DNA of 43,102 nt, taken from contig PFJC01000004.1 of assembly GCA_002782865.1 (NCBI GenBank), positions 1-43,102 on the forward strand, read 5' to 3'. Below the pieces are notes generated by a model. The model was not told the DNA's origin, made no database searches, and was given only the letters and a program-made list of their open reading frames with translations. Source of the DNA: Candidatus Uhrbacteria bacterium CG_4_10_14_3_um_filter_41_21. Its GTDB lineage: Bacteria > Patescibacteriota > Patescibacteriia > UBA9934. Of this stretch, positions 24,286-34,095 are shown piece after piece. Both the position numbers and the translations under genes were made by a program. The stretch's first letter is position 1; every line of letters begins with the position of its first letter.

Positions 24286-24744
24286 ATGGCAGACATTCAA
24301 AGAACATTAGTCCTTATTAAGCCGGATGGAGTTCAAAGAGAGCTAATCGGCCAGGTTATTGGTCGTTTTGAGCGAAAGGGATTAAAGCTTGTTGGGCTTA
24401 AGCTTTTAAGCTTAGACGAAACGATTTTGGCTGATCATTACGCTCACCATATTGGTAAACCGTTTTATGATAGTTTGGTTAAGTTTATGATGGAAACACC
24501 AGTAGTTGCTGTTGTTTTGGAAGGGAATGATGTTGTAAACGAAGTTAGAAAAGTTGTTGGTTCAACCAATCCTCGCGAGGCAGATGCGGGCACAATTAGA
24601 GCTGATTTTTCTATGGATGTTGCCGGAAACATAATCCACGCCTCTGATTCACCGGAAAACGCTCAGATTGAAATTAGTCGTTTCTTTAATGACGGGGAAG
24701 TATTTAGCTACAACAAGCTGACAGATCCATACATTTTTGGATGA
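24286..24744 (+). CDS. ndk: nucleoside-diphosphate kinase
   Basis: RTLVLIKPDGVQR, and NIIHASDS containing the catalytic His. Confidence 0.93.
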   Translation: MADIQRTLVLIKPDGVQRELIGQVIGRFERKGLKLVGLKLLSLDETILADHYAHHIGKPFYDSLVKFMMETPVVAVVLEGNDVVNEVRKVVGSTNPREADAGTIRADFSMDVAGNIIHASDSPENAQIEISRFFNDGEVFSYNKLTDPYIFG

Positions 24745-24769
24745 AAACCATAGTGTAAAGACTGTGGAA

Positions 24770-24800
24770 AAAGAGTGGACAAAATCCACTCTTTCTATTT
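24770..24800 (+). terminator. intrinsic terminator after ndk
   Basis: AAAGAGTGGA-CAAAA-TCCACTCTTT followed by CTATTT. Confidence 0.7.
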
Positions 24801-24831
24801 GCCATATGTTTTTGTGCAGGGGATAATATAA

Positions 24832-25063
24832 GTGCTTCATGGCGGTTGTATCGAAATTGGCTAATTTTCATTGAAAGGATCCAATCTTCAACCATCATCT
24901 GCGAGATTACGCAGTCTAGCTGTTTCCAAGTGGACGCAAGCGGGGATCCAGCGGTCGTCTGTTATGTGGACACGGTGTCTGGGCTAAGGCTCACACAACC
25001 GCGATCTGAATAACATTGCCCACATGTGGCAGAGGACCAGTTCCGATCTCCCGCCTGGAGCAC
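24832..25063 (+). ncRNA. candidate structured RNA of unknown class (~232 nt)
   Basis: 13-bp closing helix: GTGCTTCA(T)GGCGG at 24832-24845 pairs with CCGCCTGGAGCAC at 25051-25063. Internal hairpins include CTGCG-AGATTA-CGCAG at 24899-24914. It is GC-enriched relative to its surroundings. TAATAT lies at 24824-24829 and a hairpin plus T6 at 25061-25091. No credible ORF is present. Confidence 0.45.
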
Positions 25064-25117
25064 CAAAATCATCAGTGACCTGGTGTTTTTTGTTTGAGAT
25101 AGGTAGAATAATCAAGT

Positions 25118-26413
25118 ATGGAAAAACTATTCGTCACAGGCGGAAAGCCACTTTCCGGGACAGTCAAAATTGTTGGCGCGAAAAACGCGGCTTCAAAAAT
25201 GATTATTACTTCGCTTCTTACAGACGAAGAAGTGATACTTCATAATGTCCCACTTCAAAAAGAATCGGAAATTGCCAGAGAGATAATTGAAATGGTTGGC
25301 GCAAAAACTTCTTTGCATGATCATACGCTTACGCTTAGGTCGGAAAGAGTTGATGCCTCTTCAGTAAAAAAATTATCAAGAAAAAATCGCTTGTCGATTT
25401 TGGCAGTGGCGCCGCTGTTGCATCGGGTTGGCGAAGCTGAAGTTCCGCTACCGGAAGGGGACAGAATTGGACCACGGCCGGTTGATTTTCATGTCGAGGC
25501 TCTTAAAAAAATGGGAGCAAAAGTTGAAGATCAAGAGGATTGTTATAAGATGAGCGCGCCAAACGGACTGACAGGCGCGCTAATCGAATTGCCTTATCCT
25601 TCAGTTGGCGCAACAGAAACAATTTTGTATGCCGCTGTTTTGGCAAAGGGCAGAACAGTGATTAAAAATGCCGCCATTGAGCCGGAAATCATCTCACTTA
25701 TAATGATGCTGCAAAAAATGGGAGCGATTATTGAGCGTGGAGCCGGTCGCGATATTGAAATTATTGGAGTTGAAAAATTACATGGCTGTATTCACACAAT
25801 TTTGCCAGACAGATTGGAAGCAGCCTCGTATGCTTGTATCGCGCTTGCAACTCGTGGTGAAATATTTTGCGAAGGTGCAGGCCACAGCTCAATGATCACT
25901 TTTTTAAATGCAATTCGAATGGCCGGTGGGGAATATGAAGTTTCAGAAGACGGGATTTTGTTTAAAGGATCTGGCAAATATAAGGGTTTGCAACTTGAAA
26001 CTGAACCGCATCCGGGGTTTGCCACTGACTGGCAACAACCGTTTGTAGTAGTTTTGACCCTGGCCGATGGCACTTCAGTGGTACACGAAACTGTTTATCA
26101 AGAAAGATTTGGTTATACAAAGGTTTTAAACGAAATGGGCGCTGATATTAGTCTTTTTAATAATTGCTTGGGAGAGTTGCCATGTCGATTCAAAGATCAA
26201 AACTTTAAACATTCGGCAGTTATTAAGGGTCCTTCAAAGTTAAAGGCGACAAAAATGACTGTTCCAGATATTCGCGCCGGGCTAGCTTATGTGGCTGCCG
26301 CTTTGGCCGCTGAAGGAACTTCAGAAATCGACGGCGTTGAACATTTGGAACGAGGCTATGAAGATCTTTATGGTAAACTGGCTTCAATCGGGGCGGATAT
26401 AAGGGTTGAGTAG
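25118..26413 (+). CDS. murA: UDP-N-acetylglucosamine 1-carboxyvinyltransferase, Asp115 variant
   Basis: MEKLFVTGGKPLSGTVKIVGAKNAA N-terminus. The active-site loop reads LPEGDRIGPRPVD. Confidence 0.93.
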   Translation: MEKLFVTGGKPLSGTVKIVGAKNAASKMIITSLLTDEEVILHNVPLQKESEIAREIIEMVGAKTSLHDHTLTLRSERVDASSVKKLSRKNRLSILAVAPLLHRVGEAEVPLPEGDRIGPRPVDFHVEALKKMGAKVEDQEDCYKMSAPNGLTGALIELPYPSVGATETILYAAVLAKGRTVIKNAAIEPEIISLIMMLQKMGAIIERGAGRDIEIIGVEKLHGCIHTILPDRLEAASYACIALATRGEIFCEGAGHSSMITFLNAIRMAGGEYEVSEDGILFKGSGKYKGLQLETEPHPGFATDWQQPFVVVLTLADGTSVVHETVYQERFGYTKVLNEMGADISLFNNCLGELPCRFKDQNFKHSAVIKGPSKLKATKMTVPDIRAGLAYVAAALAAEGTSEIDGVEHLERGYEDLYGKLASIGADIRVE

Positions 26414-26487
26414 TCTCAGCTTTTAGCTACTAGCTCTTAGCTTTTAGGGTTTTCTAACAGCTATAAGCTAACAGCTAACAGCTTTTC

Positions 26488-27162
26488 ATGTTTCTCGAAT
26501 TAATCACCCAAGCTCCAATAATGGCGCTGGCTTGGCTGGCTGTGATTTTGATTTCCATTACTGTCCACGAATTCGCTCATGCCTGGGCAGGAGATAGATT
26601 AGGCGATCATACAGCCGAGCAAATGGGGCGCTTAACCTTAAATCCATTGGCGCATATTGATCCAATCGGAGTTATTCCGCTTTTGCTTTTAGGATTTGGT
26701 TGGGCAAAACCAGTTCCGTTTAATCCTTACAATCTTCAAGACCCAAAATGGGATTCAGTTAAAATCGCATTGGCTGGCCCGGCATCGAATTTAATCGTTG
26801 CTACATTGGCTGCAATTGTTTTGCGTGGACTTTCAACCGCCGGCGTCATTGGAGACTTGAATCTTTTGTCATTCTTTTTGATTCTTTTGGTGATAATCAA
26901 TTTATTTTTACTCTTTTTTAATATCATCCCAATCCATCCACTTGATGGTTCAAAATTGCTAGACGCATTGCTAGTAAAGCCAGAGCATCAAAAGATTAGA
27001 AACGCCATTGCTACTTATGGACCAAGGGCATTAATGTTTCTTATTTTAATCTCAATTTTTACTTCAATCAGTGTTTTCTCATTTATCAGTACCCCAGCCT
27101 ATATGACTTGTGATGCTTTGGTAGGGGAGAGCTGTACGGCAGTTTTGATGCAGGTATTCTAA
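26488..27162 (+). CDS. M50-family (site-2 protease-like) membrane metalloprotease
   Basis: HEFAHA zinc motif inside a TM helix, polytopic, with a second motif region NIIPIHPLDGSKLL. Confidence 0.8.
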   Translation: MFLELITQAPIMALAWLAVILISITVHEFAHAWAGDRLGDHTAEQMGRLTLNPLAHIDPIGVIPLLLLGFGWAKPVPFNPYNLQDPKWDSVKIALAGPASNLIVATLAAIVLRGLSTAGVIGDLNLLSFFLILLVIINLFLLFFNIIPIHPLDGSKLLDALLVKPEHQKIRNAIATYGPRALMFLILISIFTSISVFSFISTPAYMTCDALVGESCTAVLMQVF

Positions 27163-27166
27163 ATAA

Positions 27167-27195
27167 TTGACGATTTTTGAGGGTTGTGATAGATT
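27167..27195 (+). promoter_or_regulatory. sigma70-like promoter of the str operon
   Basis: TTGACG (27167-27172), 17 nt spacer, TAGATT (27190-27195). Confidence 0.5.
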
Positions 27196-27210
27196 ACTCG
27201 CGTATTTATT

Positions 27211-27630
27211 ATGCCTACAGTAAACCAATTGGTCCGAAAAGGACGCAAAGCAAAATCAACTAAGTCCAAAGCTCCTGCAATGCAGTTTACTTTGGATTCT
27301 TTACATCGAAAAAAAACAACTCTTCGACGCGGAGCTCCATTTAAACGAGGAGTTTGTGTACGCGTTTACACAACTACACCTAAAAAGCCGAACTCAGCTC
27401 TTCGAAAAGTTGCTCGTGTTCGTCTTTCAAATGGACAGGAGGTAATTTCCTATATTCCAGGAGAAGGTCATAACTTACAGGAACACTCAATCGTAATGAT
27501 TCGTGGTGGAAAAATTAAAGACTTGCCTGGTGTTCGCTACACTGTTGTTCGCGGTCGCTATGACACTACCGGTGTTGATGGGCGAACTAAAGGACGATCA
27601 AGATACGGAACAAAGAAACCAAAAAAATAA
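27211..27630 (+). CDS. rpsL: 30S ribosomal protein S12
   Basis: [12 protein letters not shown]...[10 protein letters not shown]. Confidence 0.97.
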   Translation: MPTVNQLVRKGRKAKSTKSKAPAMQFTLDSLHRKKTTLRRGAPFKRGVCVRVYTTTPKKPNSALRKVARVRLSNGQEVISYIPGEGHNLQEHSIVMIRGGKIKDLPGVRYTVVRGRYDTTGVDGRTKGRSRYGTKKPKK

Positions 27631-27694
27631 ACAATAATAAAATCTCGAGTACTGTCAGCGCGGCAGGAAGTAAACGAGAATTAATCTAAAAATT

Positions 27695-28162
27695 ATGCGC
27701 GGAAAGCAAGCCCCAATAAGAATAATCGTTCCGGATTCAAAATTCGGAAATGTTTTAGTTTCAAAGCTAATCAATTATGTGATGCAGGATGGTAAGAAAA
27801 CAACTGCAGAAAAAATAGTTTACGATTGCTTTGTTATCATTTCAGATAAAACAAAACAAGATCCAATGGATGTTTTTGATCTTGCTTTAAAAAATATCAC
27901 TCCAGCTATCGAAGTTAGATCAAGACGCGTTGGTGGAGCTAACTATCAAATTCCAACACCAGTTCGTGGGGCAAGAAAACATGCACTTGCTTACAGATGG
28001 TTGCTAATTGCAGCGCGTGGTAAAAAAGGTAAACCAATGGCTGAAAGATTGGCTGGTGAAATAATGTTAGCTGCAAACGGTGAAGGTGATGCAGTTAAGA
28101 AACGACAAGATGTACAGCGAATGGCAGAAGCAAACCGGGCTTTCGCTCATTTCGCAAAATAA
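27695..28162 (+). CDS. rpsG: 30S ribosomal protein S7
   Basis: Operon position, plus VEVRSRRVGGANYQIP. Confidence 0.96.
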   Translation: MRGKQAPIRIIVPDSKFGNVLVSKLINYVMQDGKKTTAEKIVYDCFVIISDKTKQDPMDVFDLALKNITPAIEVRSRRVGGANYQIPTPVRGARKHALAYRWLLIAARGKKGKPMAERLAGEIMLAANGEGDAVKKRQDVQRMAEANRAFAHFAK

Positions 28163-28167
28163 TTATT

Positions 28168-28208
28168 AAAATGAGCTACGACCGGCAGGCCGCGCCTTTG
28201 CTCATTTT
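28168..28208 (+). terminator. hairpin between rpsG and fusA (attenuator or terminator)
   Basis: AAAATGAGC (28168-28176) pairs with GCTCATTTT (28200-28208) around a GC-rich loop. Confidence 0.4.
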
Positions 28209-28266
28209 GCTTAATAAAGTTTAAAAGCTATCGCGCTAAAAGCCAACAGCTATAAGCTAAACAAAT

Positions 28267-30372
28267 ATGCCCCGAGAATATTCATTAGATAAAACACGCA
28301 ACATCGGAATCATCGCTCATATTGATGCTGGAAAAACTACCGTAACAGAGCGCATTCTGTTTTACACCGGTAAAAAGCACAAAATTGGTGAGGTGCATGA
28401 AGGTGAAGCAGAAATGGATTGGATGGAACAGGAGCGTGAGCGTGGAATCACTATCACATCAGCCGCAACTACTTGTTTTTGGAATAATCACAGAATTAAC
28501 ATTATTGACACTCCGGGCCACGTTGACTTTACAGTTGAGGTTGAACGATCTCTTCGAGTTTTGGATGGCGGAGTAACGGTTTTTGATGGTGTTGCTGGTG
28601 TTGAACCACAGTCTGAAACTGTTTGGCACCAGGCTGATAAATATCATGTTCCACGGATTTGTTTTATCAATAAACTAGACAGAACAGGAGCAGATTTTAT
28701 GAAAGACTTGGCCTCGATCAGGGCTCGTCTAACTAAAAACGCTCACCCTATTCAGTTGCCAATCGGTAAAGAAGATAAGTTTGAAGGAATTATTGATTTG
28801 CTTAAAATGAGAGCTTTTTATTATCGCGATGAGCAAGGAAAAATTGTTGAAGAAGTTGATATCCCTGCAGAGTATCTTGAAGAAGCAAAGAAATGGCGCG
28901 CTTCTTTAATAGAAGCTATTGTTGAAAACGACGAAGTTGCAATGGAGAAATACTTTAATGGAGAAGAGCCTTCATTTGAAGATCTAAAAAGAATTTTGCG
29001 TCAAGCAACAATCAAATCAAAAATTTTCCCAGTTCTTTGTGGATCGGCTTTAAAAAACAAAGGAGTCCAGATGATGATAGATGGAGTTGTTGATTATCTC
29101 CCATCCCCACTTGATGTTCCGCCAATGGAAGGATTTGATCCAGATGATAAGGAAACTATAATCACTCGATCGGCTGATGATTCAGCGCCATTTTCTGCTT
29201 TGGCTTTCAAAATCGCAACCGATCCATTTATTGGTCGTTTAGCTTTCTTGCGAGTGTATTCAGGAAATTTAAAAGCTGGAAGTTATGTGCTCAACACAAC
29301 TACTGGAGAAAAAGAACGAATTTCAAGAATTGTTCGAATGCATGCCAATGCCCGAGAAGATGTTAACGAAGTTTTCTCAGGCGAAATCGTAGCTGCCGTG
29401 GGACTTAAAAACACAACAACCGGAAATACACTTTGTGATGCTGAAAAACCAATTGTTTTGGAATCAATTACATTCCCAGAGCCAGTTATTAGTCAAGCGC
29501 TTGAGCCAAAGACGAAAGCTGATCAAGAAAAAATGAGTATTGCTCTTCAAAAATTGGCAGAAGAAGACCCAACTTTCAGAGTCAGAACTGATGAAGAAAC
29601 AATGCAAACTATTATTTCAGGAATGGGAGAATTACATCTTGAAATTTTGGTCGACAGAATGAAGCGCGAGTTTGGCGTTGAGGTAAACGTTGGTAAACCT
29701 CAGGTTAGTTATCGTGAAACAATCAGAGAAGAAGCTGAGGGCGAAGGAAAATACATCAAACAATCCGGAGGTCGTGGTCAATACGGACATTGTTGGTTGC
29801 GAATCGCGCCAATTACCGAGGCTGATGAAGATGGCGAGATTCCAAACTTTGCATTCATTGATGCGATTAAAGGTGGAGCGATTCCAAAAGAGTATATTAA
29901 TCCGATCGAAAAGGGTGCTCGTGAAGCAATGGACCGCGGTATTGTAGCCGGATATCCATTAATTAATGTTCAGGCAACAGTATATGACGGTTCATATCAC
30001 GATGTTGACTCAAACGAGGCAGCCTTTAAGATGGCAGGTTCAATGGCTTTTAGAGCGGCTGCTCAAAAAGCAAAACCAGTTTTGCTTGAACCAACTATGA
30101 AAGTCGAGGTTGTAACCCCGGAAGAATCAATGGGAACTGTGGTAGGAGATTTGAACGCAAAGCGCGGTCAAATTCAAGAGATGGGAGAACGCGGTGACAT
30201 TAAAACAGTTCGCGCAATCGTACCTTTAGCTGAAATGTTTGGTTATGCAACCAGCTTGCGATCAATGACTCAAGGACGAGCTAGCTACACTATGGAATTT
30301 AATGAGTATAAAGAAGTGCCAAATAATGTTGCTAAAGATATTATTGAAAAACGCGGCGGAAGCGCTAGATAA
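28267..30372 (+). CDS. fusA: elongation factor G
   Basis: [22 protein letters not shown], and full five-domain length of 701 aa. Confidence 0.97.
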   Translation: MPREYSLDKTRNIGIIAHIDAGKTTVTERILFYTGKKHKIGEVHEGEAEMDWMEQERERGITITSAATTCFWNNHRINIIDTPGHVDFTVEVERSLRVLDGGVTVFDGVAGVEPQSETVWHQADKYHVPRICFINKLDRTGADFMKDLASIRARLTKNAHPIQLPIGKEDKFEGIIDLLKMRAFYYRDEQGKIVEEVDIPAEYLEEAKKWRASLIEAIVENDEVAMEKYFNGEEPSFEDLKRILRQATIKSKIFPVLCGSALKNKGVQMMIDGVVDYLPSPLDVPPMEGFDPDDKETIITRSADDSAPFSALAFKIATDPFIGRLAFLRVYSGNLKAGSYVLNTTTGEKERISRIVRMHANAREDVNEVFSGEIVAAVGLKNTTTGNTLCDAEKPIVLESITFPEPVISQALEPKTKADQEKMSIALQKLAEEDPTFRVRTDEETMQTIISGMGELHLEILVDRMKREFGVEVNVGKPQVSYRETIREEAEGEGKYIKQSGGRGQYGHCWLRIAPITEADEDGEIPNFAFIDAIKGGAIPKEYINPIEKGAREAMDRGIVAGYPLINVQATVYDGSYHDVDSNEAAFKMAGSMAFRAAAQKAKPVLLEPTMKVEVVTPEESMGTVVGDLNAKRGQIQEMGERGDIKTVRAIVPLAEMFGYATSLRSMTQGRASYTMEFNEYKEVPNNVAKDIIEKRGGSAR

Positions 30373-30384
30373 GATAAAGAGTTA

Positions 30385-30428
30385 AAATGACATCCTCCCC
30401 GGGCTTAAGCCCGGGGAGGATGTCATTT
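30385..30428 (+). terminator. 20-bp perfect hairpin after fusA
   Basis: AAATGACATCCTCCCCGGGC-TTAA-GCCCGGGGAGGATGTCATTT. Confidence 0.65.
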
Positions 30429-30548
30429 GCGTCTTGACCACATTTCTAATTGCGATAAGATGCGGGTATATAAGAGTGGCTAGTGACAAGAGTCAGTTGA
30501 CCAAGTTTAATAGAATCACTAATCGCTAATAATTAATCATTGCACTCT

Positions 30549-30914
30549 ATGCTTAACCAAAACTTCAAAAGACTGATAGATTTAGCTAAACGAACAAATT
30601 CGCCACTTATTGTAACTGATTCCGAAGGTGAAGAACCGGTGGTTCTAATGTCAATTGATCAATACGAAAGCTTGGCCGCTGACTTTGATCCAGATGAATT
30701 TGATTGTTGTGGGGAAGACGATTGGTACTCGGGCGAGATGGACGAACCAGCGCTTCATGGCCATAGTATTAGTCAAATTCCAGTAGATTACGAGGAAGCT
30801 ATTCCAGAGGATGAGATATTCGAGGGTGAAATCACTCCAGAACCAGTAGATGATGTTGAAAATATTGATGGAAACGGTGCAGAAGAGCAGTTTTATCTAG
30901 AGCCAATAGAATAG
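30549..30914 (+). CDS. Phd/YefM-type antitoxin-like N-terminal domain fused to a long acidic tail
   Basis: NFKRLIDLAKRTNSPLIVTDSEGEEPVVLMSIDQYESL resembles YefM [37 protein letters not shown] (from memory). I prefer ATG 30549 to the track TTG at 30540. A possible promoter is TTGACC (30434-30439), 16 nt spacer, TAAGAT (30456-30461). Confidence 0.6.
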   Translation: MLNQNFKRLIDLAKRTNSPLIVTDSEGEEPVVLMSIDQYESLAADFDPDEFDCCGEDDWYSGEMDEPALHGHSISQIPVDYEEAIPEDEIFEGEITPEPVDDVENIDGNGAEEQFYLEPIE

Positions 30915-30973
30915 TATTAAAAATGCGAATGTTAGTCAAAAATTATCAATTTAGCTTGTTAACAGCCTGGGAC

Positions 30974-31002
30974 TTGCGTAAATTAGAAGGTTTTGGTATA
31001 CT
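30974..31002 (+). promoter_or_regulatory. sigma70-like promoter upstream of tuf
   Basis: TTGCGT (30974-30979), 17 nt spacer, TATACT (30997-31002). Confidence 0.5.
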
Positions 31003-31081
31003 CGTCCCGCTTGAATATAAAGTCAGAACTGTCTCAAAAAGTAATAATATAAGGCTATAAAGCCACACAATAACTATCAAT

Positions 31082-32260
31082 ATGGCAGAACAGTTTAATA
31101 GATCAAAGCCAAATGTAAATGTTGGTACAATTGGTCACGTTGACCATGGTAAAACAACGCTTACTGCTGCTTTGTCAAAGCTTTTTTCACCTGCAGGTCA
31201 AACTAAAGCATTTGATCAAATCGATAACGCTCCAGAAGAAAGAGAGCGTGGTATCACTATTGCAACTTCACACGTTGAGTACGAGTCAGATGCTCGTCAT
31301 TATGCTCACGTTGATTGTCCTGGACACGCTGACTATGTTAAAAACATGATCACCGGTGCTGCCCAAATGGACGGTGCAATTTTGGTAGTTTCTGCTGCAG
31401 ACGGCCCAATGCCTCAAACACGAGAGCACATCTTGCTTGCAAGACAGGTTGGAGTGCCAACAATTGTAGTATTTTTGAATAAAGTTGACATGGTTGATGA
31501 CCCAGAGCTTATTGACCTTGTTGAAGAAGAAATCCGAGATTTATTGAAGCAGTATGAATATCCAGGAGATGAAACTCCTATTATTCGTGGTTCCGCTCTT
31601 AAGGCTATAGAAGATGGTGGTGATGCTGAGCAGCCGATTAGGGACTTGGTAAAGGCTCTTGATGAATACATTCCAGTGCCTGTTCGAGATGTTGAAAAGC
31701 CATTTTTGATGCCAATTGAGGATGTTTTCTCAATTGAAGGACGAGGAACAGTTGTTACCGGTCGTATCGAACGCGGCATAGTTAATATTGGTGATGAAGT
31801 TTCATTGATTGGTCTTCGAGATACTACAAAAACAGTTGTAACTGGAATTGAGATGTTTAACAAACAGCTTGATAAGGGTATGGCTGGAGACAATGCTGGT
31901 ATTCTTTTGCGTGGTGTTAAGAAAGATGAAATTGAACGCGGAATGGTACTCGCAAAACCAGGATCAGTTACTCCACATAAGAAATTCACTGCTCAGATTT
32001 ACGCTTTGACCAAAGAAGAGGGTGGACGACACAAACCATTTTTCAAGGGTTACAAGCCACAATTCTATATCAGAACAACTGATGTAACCGGTGATGTAAT
32101 TTCACTTGGAGAAGGTGTAGAAATGGTTATGCCTGGCGACACTGTCAATGTTGATATTGAGCTAGGAAAACCAGTTGCTATGGAAGAAACTATGCGTTTT
32201 GCTATCCGAGAGGGTGGTAGAACTGTTGGTGCAGGATCTGTAACTAAAATTATTGAATAA
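31082..32260 (+). CDS. tuf: elongation factor Tu
   Basis: [30 protein letters not shown]. Confidence 0.98.
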   Translation: MAEQFNRSKPNVNVGTIGHVDHGKTTLTAALSKLFSPAGQTKAFDQIDNAPEERERGITIATSHVEYESDARHYAHVDCPGHADYVKNMITGAAQMDGAILVVSAADGPMPQTREHILLARQVGVPTIVVFLNKVDMVDDPELIDLVEEEIRDLLKQYEYPGDETPIIRGSALKAIEDGGDAEQPIRDLVKALDEYIPVPVRDVEKPFLMPIEDVFSIEGRGTVVTGRIERGIVNIGDEVSLIGLRDTTKTVVTGIEMFNKQLDKGMAGDNAGILLRGVKKDEIERGMVLAKPGSVTPHKKFTAQIYALTKEEGGRHKPFFKGYKPQFYIRTTDVTGDVISLGEGVEMVMPGDTVNVDIELGKPVAMEETMRFAIREGGRTVGAGSVTKIIE

Positions 32261-32264
32261 TGAA

Positions 32265-32303
32265 AGTAGGGAAAGGTCGAAAGGTCTTTCCCTACTTGAT
32301 TTG
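32265..32303 (+). terminator. hairpin after tuf
   Basis: AGTAGGGAAAG-GTCGAAAGGT-CTTTCCCTACT followed by TGATTTG. Confidence 0.55.
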
Positions 32304-32317
32304 AACTATCGTACCTT

Positions 32318-32644
32318 ATGGCCGAAGCTGCAAAAGAAACAAAACAACGCATTAGGATAAAGATCCGTGCATATGATCACAAATTGATTGATTCTGCGTG
32401 TGAGACAATAATTAAAACTGCTCAGCGCAGTGGAGCGATGATTTTAGGACCGGTACCATTACCAACTGAAATGCGTCGCTACACAGTTAACAGATCAACA
32501 TTTGTTCATAAGACTGCTCGCGATCAATACGAAATGCGAATTCATAAAAGACTTATTGATATTCTAAGTCCAAGTGAAGGGACCGTTGATTCGTTGATGA
32601 CACTTAATCTTCCAGCTGGAGTCGATGTAGAGATCAAAATGTAA
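32318..32644 (+). CDS. rpsJ: 30S ribosomal protein S10
   Basis: RIRIKIRAYDHKLIDS...GPVPLPT. Confidence 0.96.
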   Translation: MAEAAKETKQRIRIKIRAYDHKLIDSACETIIKTAQRSGAMILGPVPLPTEMRRYTVNRSTFVHKTARDQYEMRIHKRLIDILSPSEGTVDSLMTLNLPAGVDVEIKM

Positions 32645-32862
32645 TGAGTTAAAAGTAGTTAGTTAGTAAATAATAAAAGTTCTCTAGGTGAACCAAGAAG
32701 AAAGATCCATAGGAAAACCTTCTTGTAGCTTCAACAGGGAATTGAAAGGACACACATTCGCAATAAAATAAACCCCCTCAAGTGGATTTTCTTAAGGGCT
32801 AGAAGCCGTTATACGTCTATTTTGACGCAAAACGACTTCTGGTTTTTAAATCAGATAGCAAT

Positions 32863-33477
32863 ATGAAACTCATTCTAGGTAAAAAAATCGAAATGACTCA
32901 GGTCTTCCAAGAAGACGGTACTGTTGTACCGGTAACTTTGATTGAAGCAGGTCCTTGCGTAGTAACTGCTGTTCGTGAAACAAACGATCAAAAAACAGCG
33001 GTAATTGGATTTGGAGACAAAAAGCACATCGCTAAAGCTCAAAAAGAAGATTGGAAAGAGCTTGGTCAATTCTCCTTTGTAAAAGAGGTTAAAACTGACG
33101 AGGATTTTGAAAGAGGAACAAAGATTGATGTCGGCGTGTTTGAAGTCGGGGACATGGTGAATGTTACCGGTGTTTCAAAAGGAAAAGGATTTCAGGGAGT
33201 TGTTAAAAGACATGGATTCCACGGAAGCCCTGCTACACATGGACACAAAGATCAGTTGCGAATGCCCGGATCTATTGGATCAACTGGACCGCAAAGGGTT
33301 TTCAAGGGTGTAAGAATGGGCGGTAGAATGGGAGGGTCTCAAGTTACAGTAAAGAATTTAGAAGTAGTAAAAGTTGATTCAAAGCAAAACATAATTGCGA
33401 TTAAGGGTGCGGTACCCGGAAGTCGTGGTAGCTATGTGTCAATTGTGGCTACTGATGGAAATATATGGCGAAAGTAA
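32863..33477 (+). CDS. rplC: 50S ribosomal protein L3
   Basis: GKKIEMTQVF...GKGFQGVVKRHGF. Confidence 0.96.
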   Translation: MKLILGKKIEMTQVFQEDGTVVPVTLIEAGPCVVTAVRETNDQKTAVIGFGDKKHIAKAQKEDWKELGQFSFVKEVKTDEDFERGTKIDVGVFEVGDMVNVTGVSKGKGFQGVVKRHGFHGSPATHGHKDQLRMPGSIGSTGPQRVFKGVRMGGRMGGSQVTVKNLEVVKVDSKQNIIAIKGAVPGSRGSYVSIVATDGNIWRK

Positions 33478-34094
33478 TACTATATAAAATTGATGGTACA
33501 AAGACAGGTGATTACGAATTGCCTGATAAGCTTTTTGCTGTAACGGTAAATCCGGAATTAGTACACGAAGCCATTATTAATCAAGAAGCAAATTCACGAA
33601 TTGTCATTGCAAACACAAAAGATAGGAGTGAGGTTCGTGGAGGAGGAAAAAAGCCATGGAAGCAAAAAGGTACTGGCCGCGCACGACATGGTTCGAGCAG
33701 ATCTCCGATTTGGATAGGCGGAGGAGTTACATTTGGACCAAACTTGTTCCGTCAATTTGGAAAAAAAATGAACAAGAAGGCAAAACGAAAAGCTATGGCT
33801 ATGGTTTTGTCAGATAAAGTTATTTCAAATAAACTTGTTGTTGTTGAAGATTTGGCATTTCCTGAGGCCAAAACAAAATTTGTCTCAAAGATGAGAAACA
33901 GCTTACCAGGTAGCGATTCTTCTGCTGTTATTATTTCAGCAAAAGATAATCAAGATATTAAATTAGCTGCAAGAAATTTGAAGAAGACTGGTATTTTACC
34001 TGCGCAAAGCATAAATGTGAAAGATTTGGCACGTTACGACTACGTGATTGCATCAAAAGCAGCAATAGAAGCTATTAAGGAAACATACTTGTAA
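33465..34094 (+). CDS. rplD: 50S ribosomal protein L4
   Basis: RSEVRGGGKKPWKQKGTGRARHGS. Confidence 0.95.
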   Translation: MAKVILYKIDGTKTGDYELPDKLFAVTVNPELVHEAIINQEANSRIVIANTKDRSEVRGGGKKPWKQKGTGRARHGSSRSPIWIGGGVTFGPNLFRQFGKKMNKKAKRKAMAMVLSDKVISNKLVVVEDLAFPEAKTKFVSKMRNSLPGSDSSAVIISAKDNQDIKLAARNLKKTGILPAQSINVKDLARYDYVIASKAAIEAIKETYL

Positions 34095-34095
34095 T

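Noticed and set aside
24832-25066. tmRNA hypothesis for the ndk-murA RNA. It ends in GGAGCACCA and contains a short frame, KDPIFNHHLRDYAV-stop, at 24875-24919.
   Set aside because: There is no GGG 5-prime end and no G3:U70 pair. No T-arm (GGTTCGAxTCC) precedes the putative acceptor strand. The CAC of CACCA is paired in the 13-bp closing helix. The tag ending YAV is atypical.
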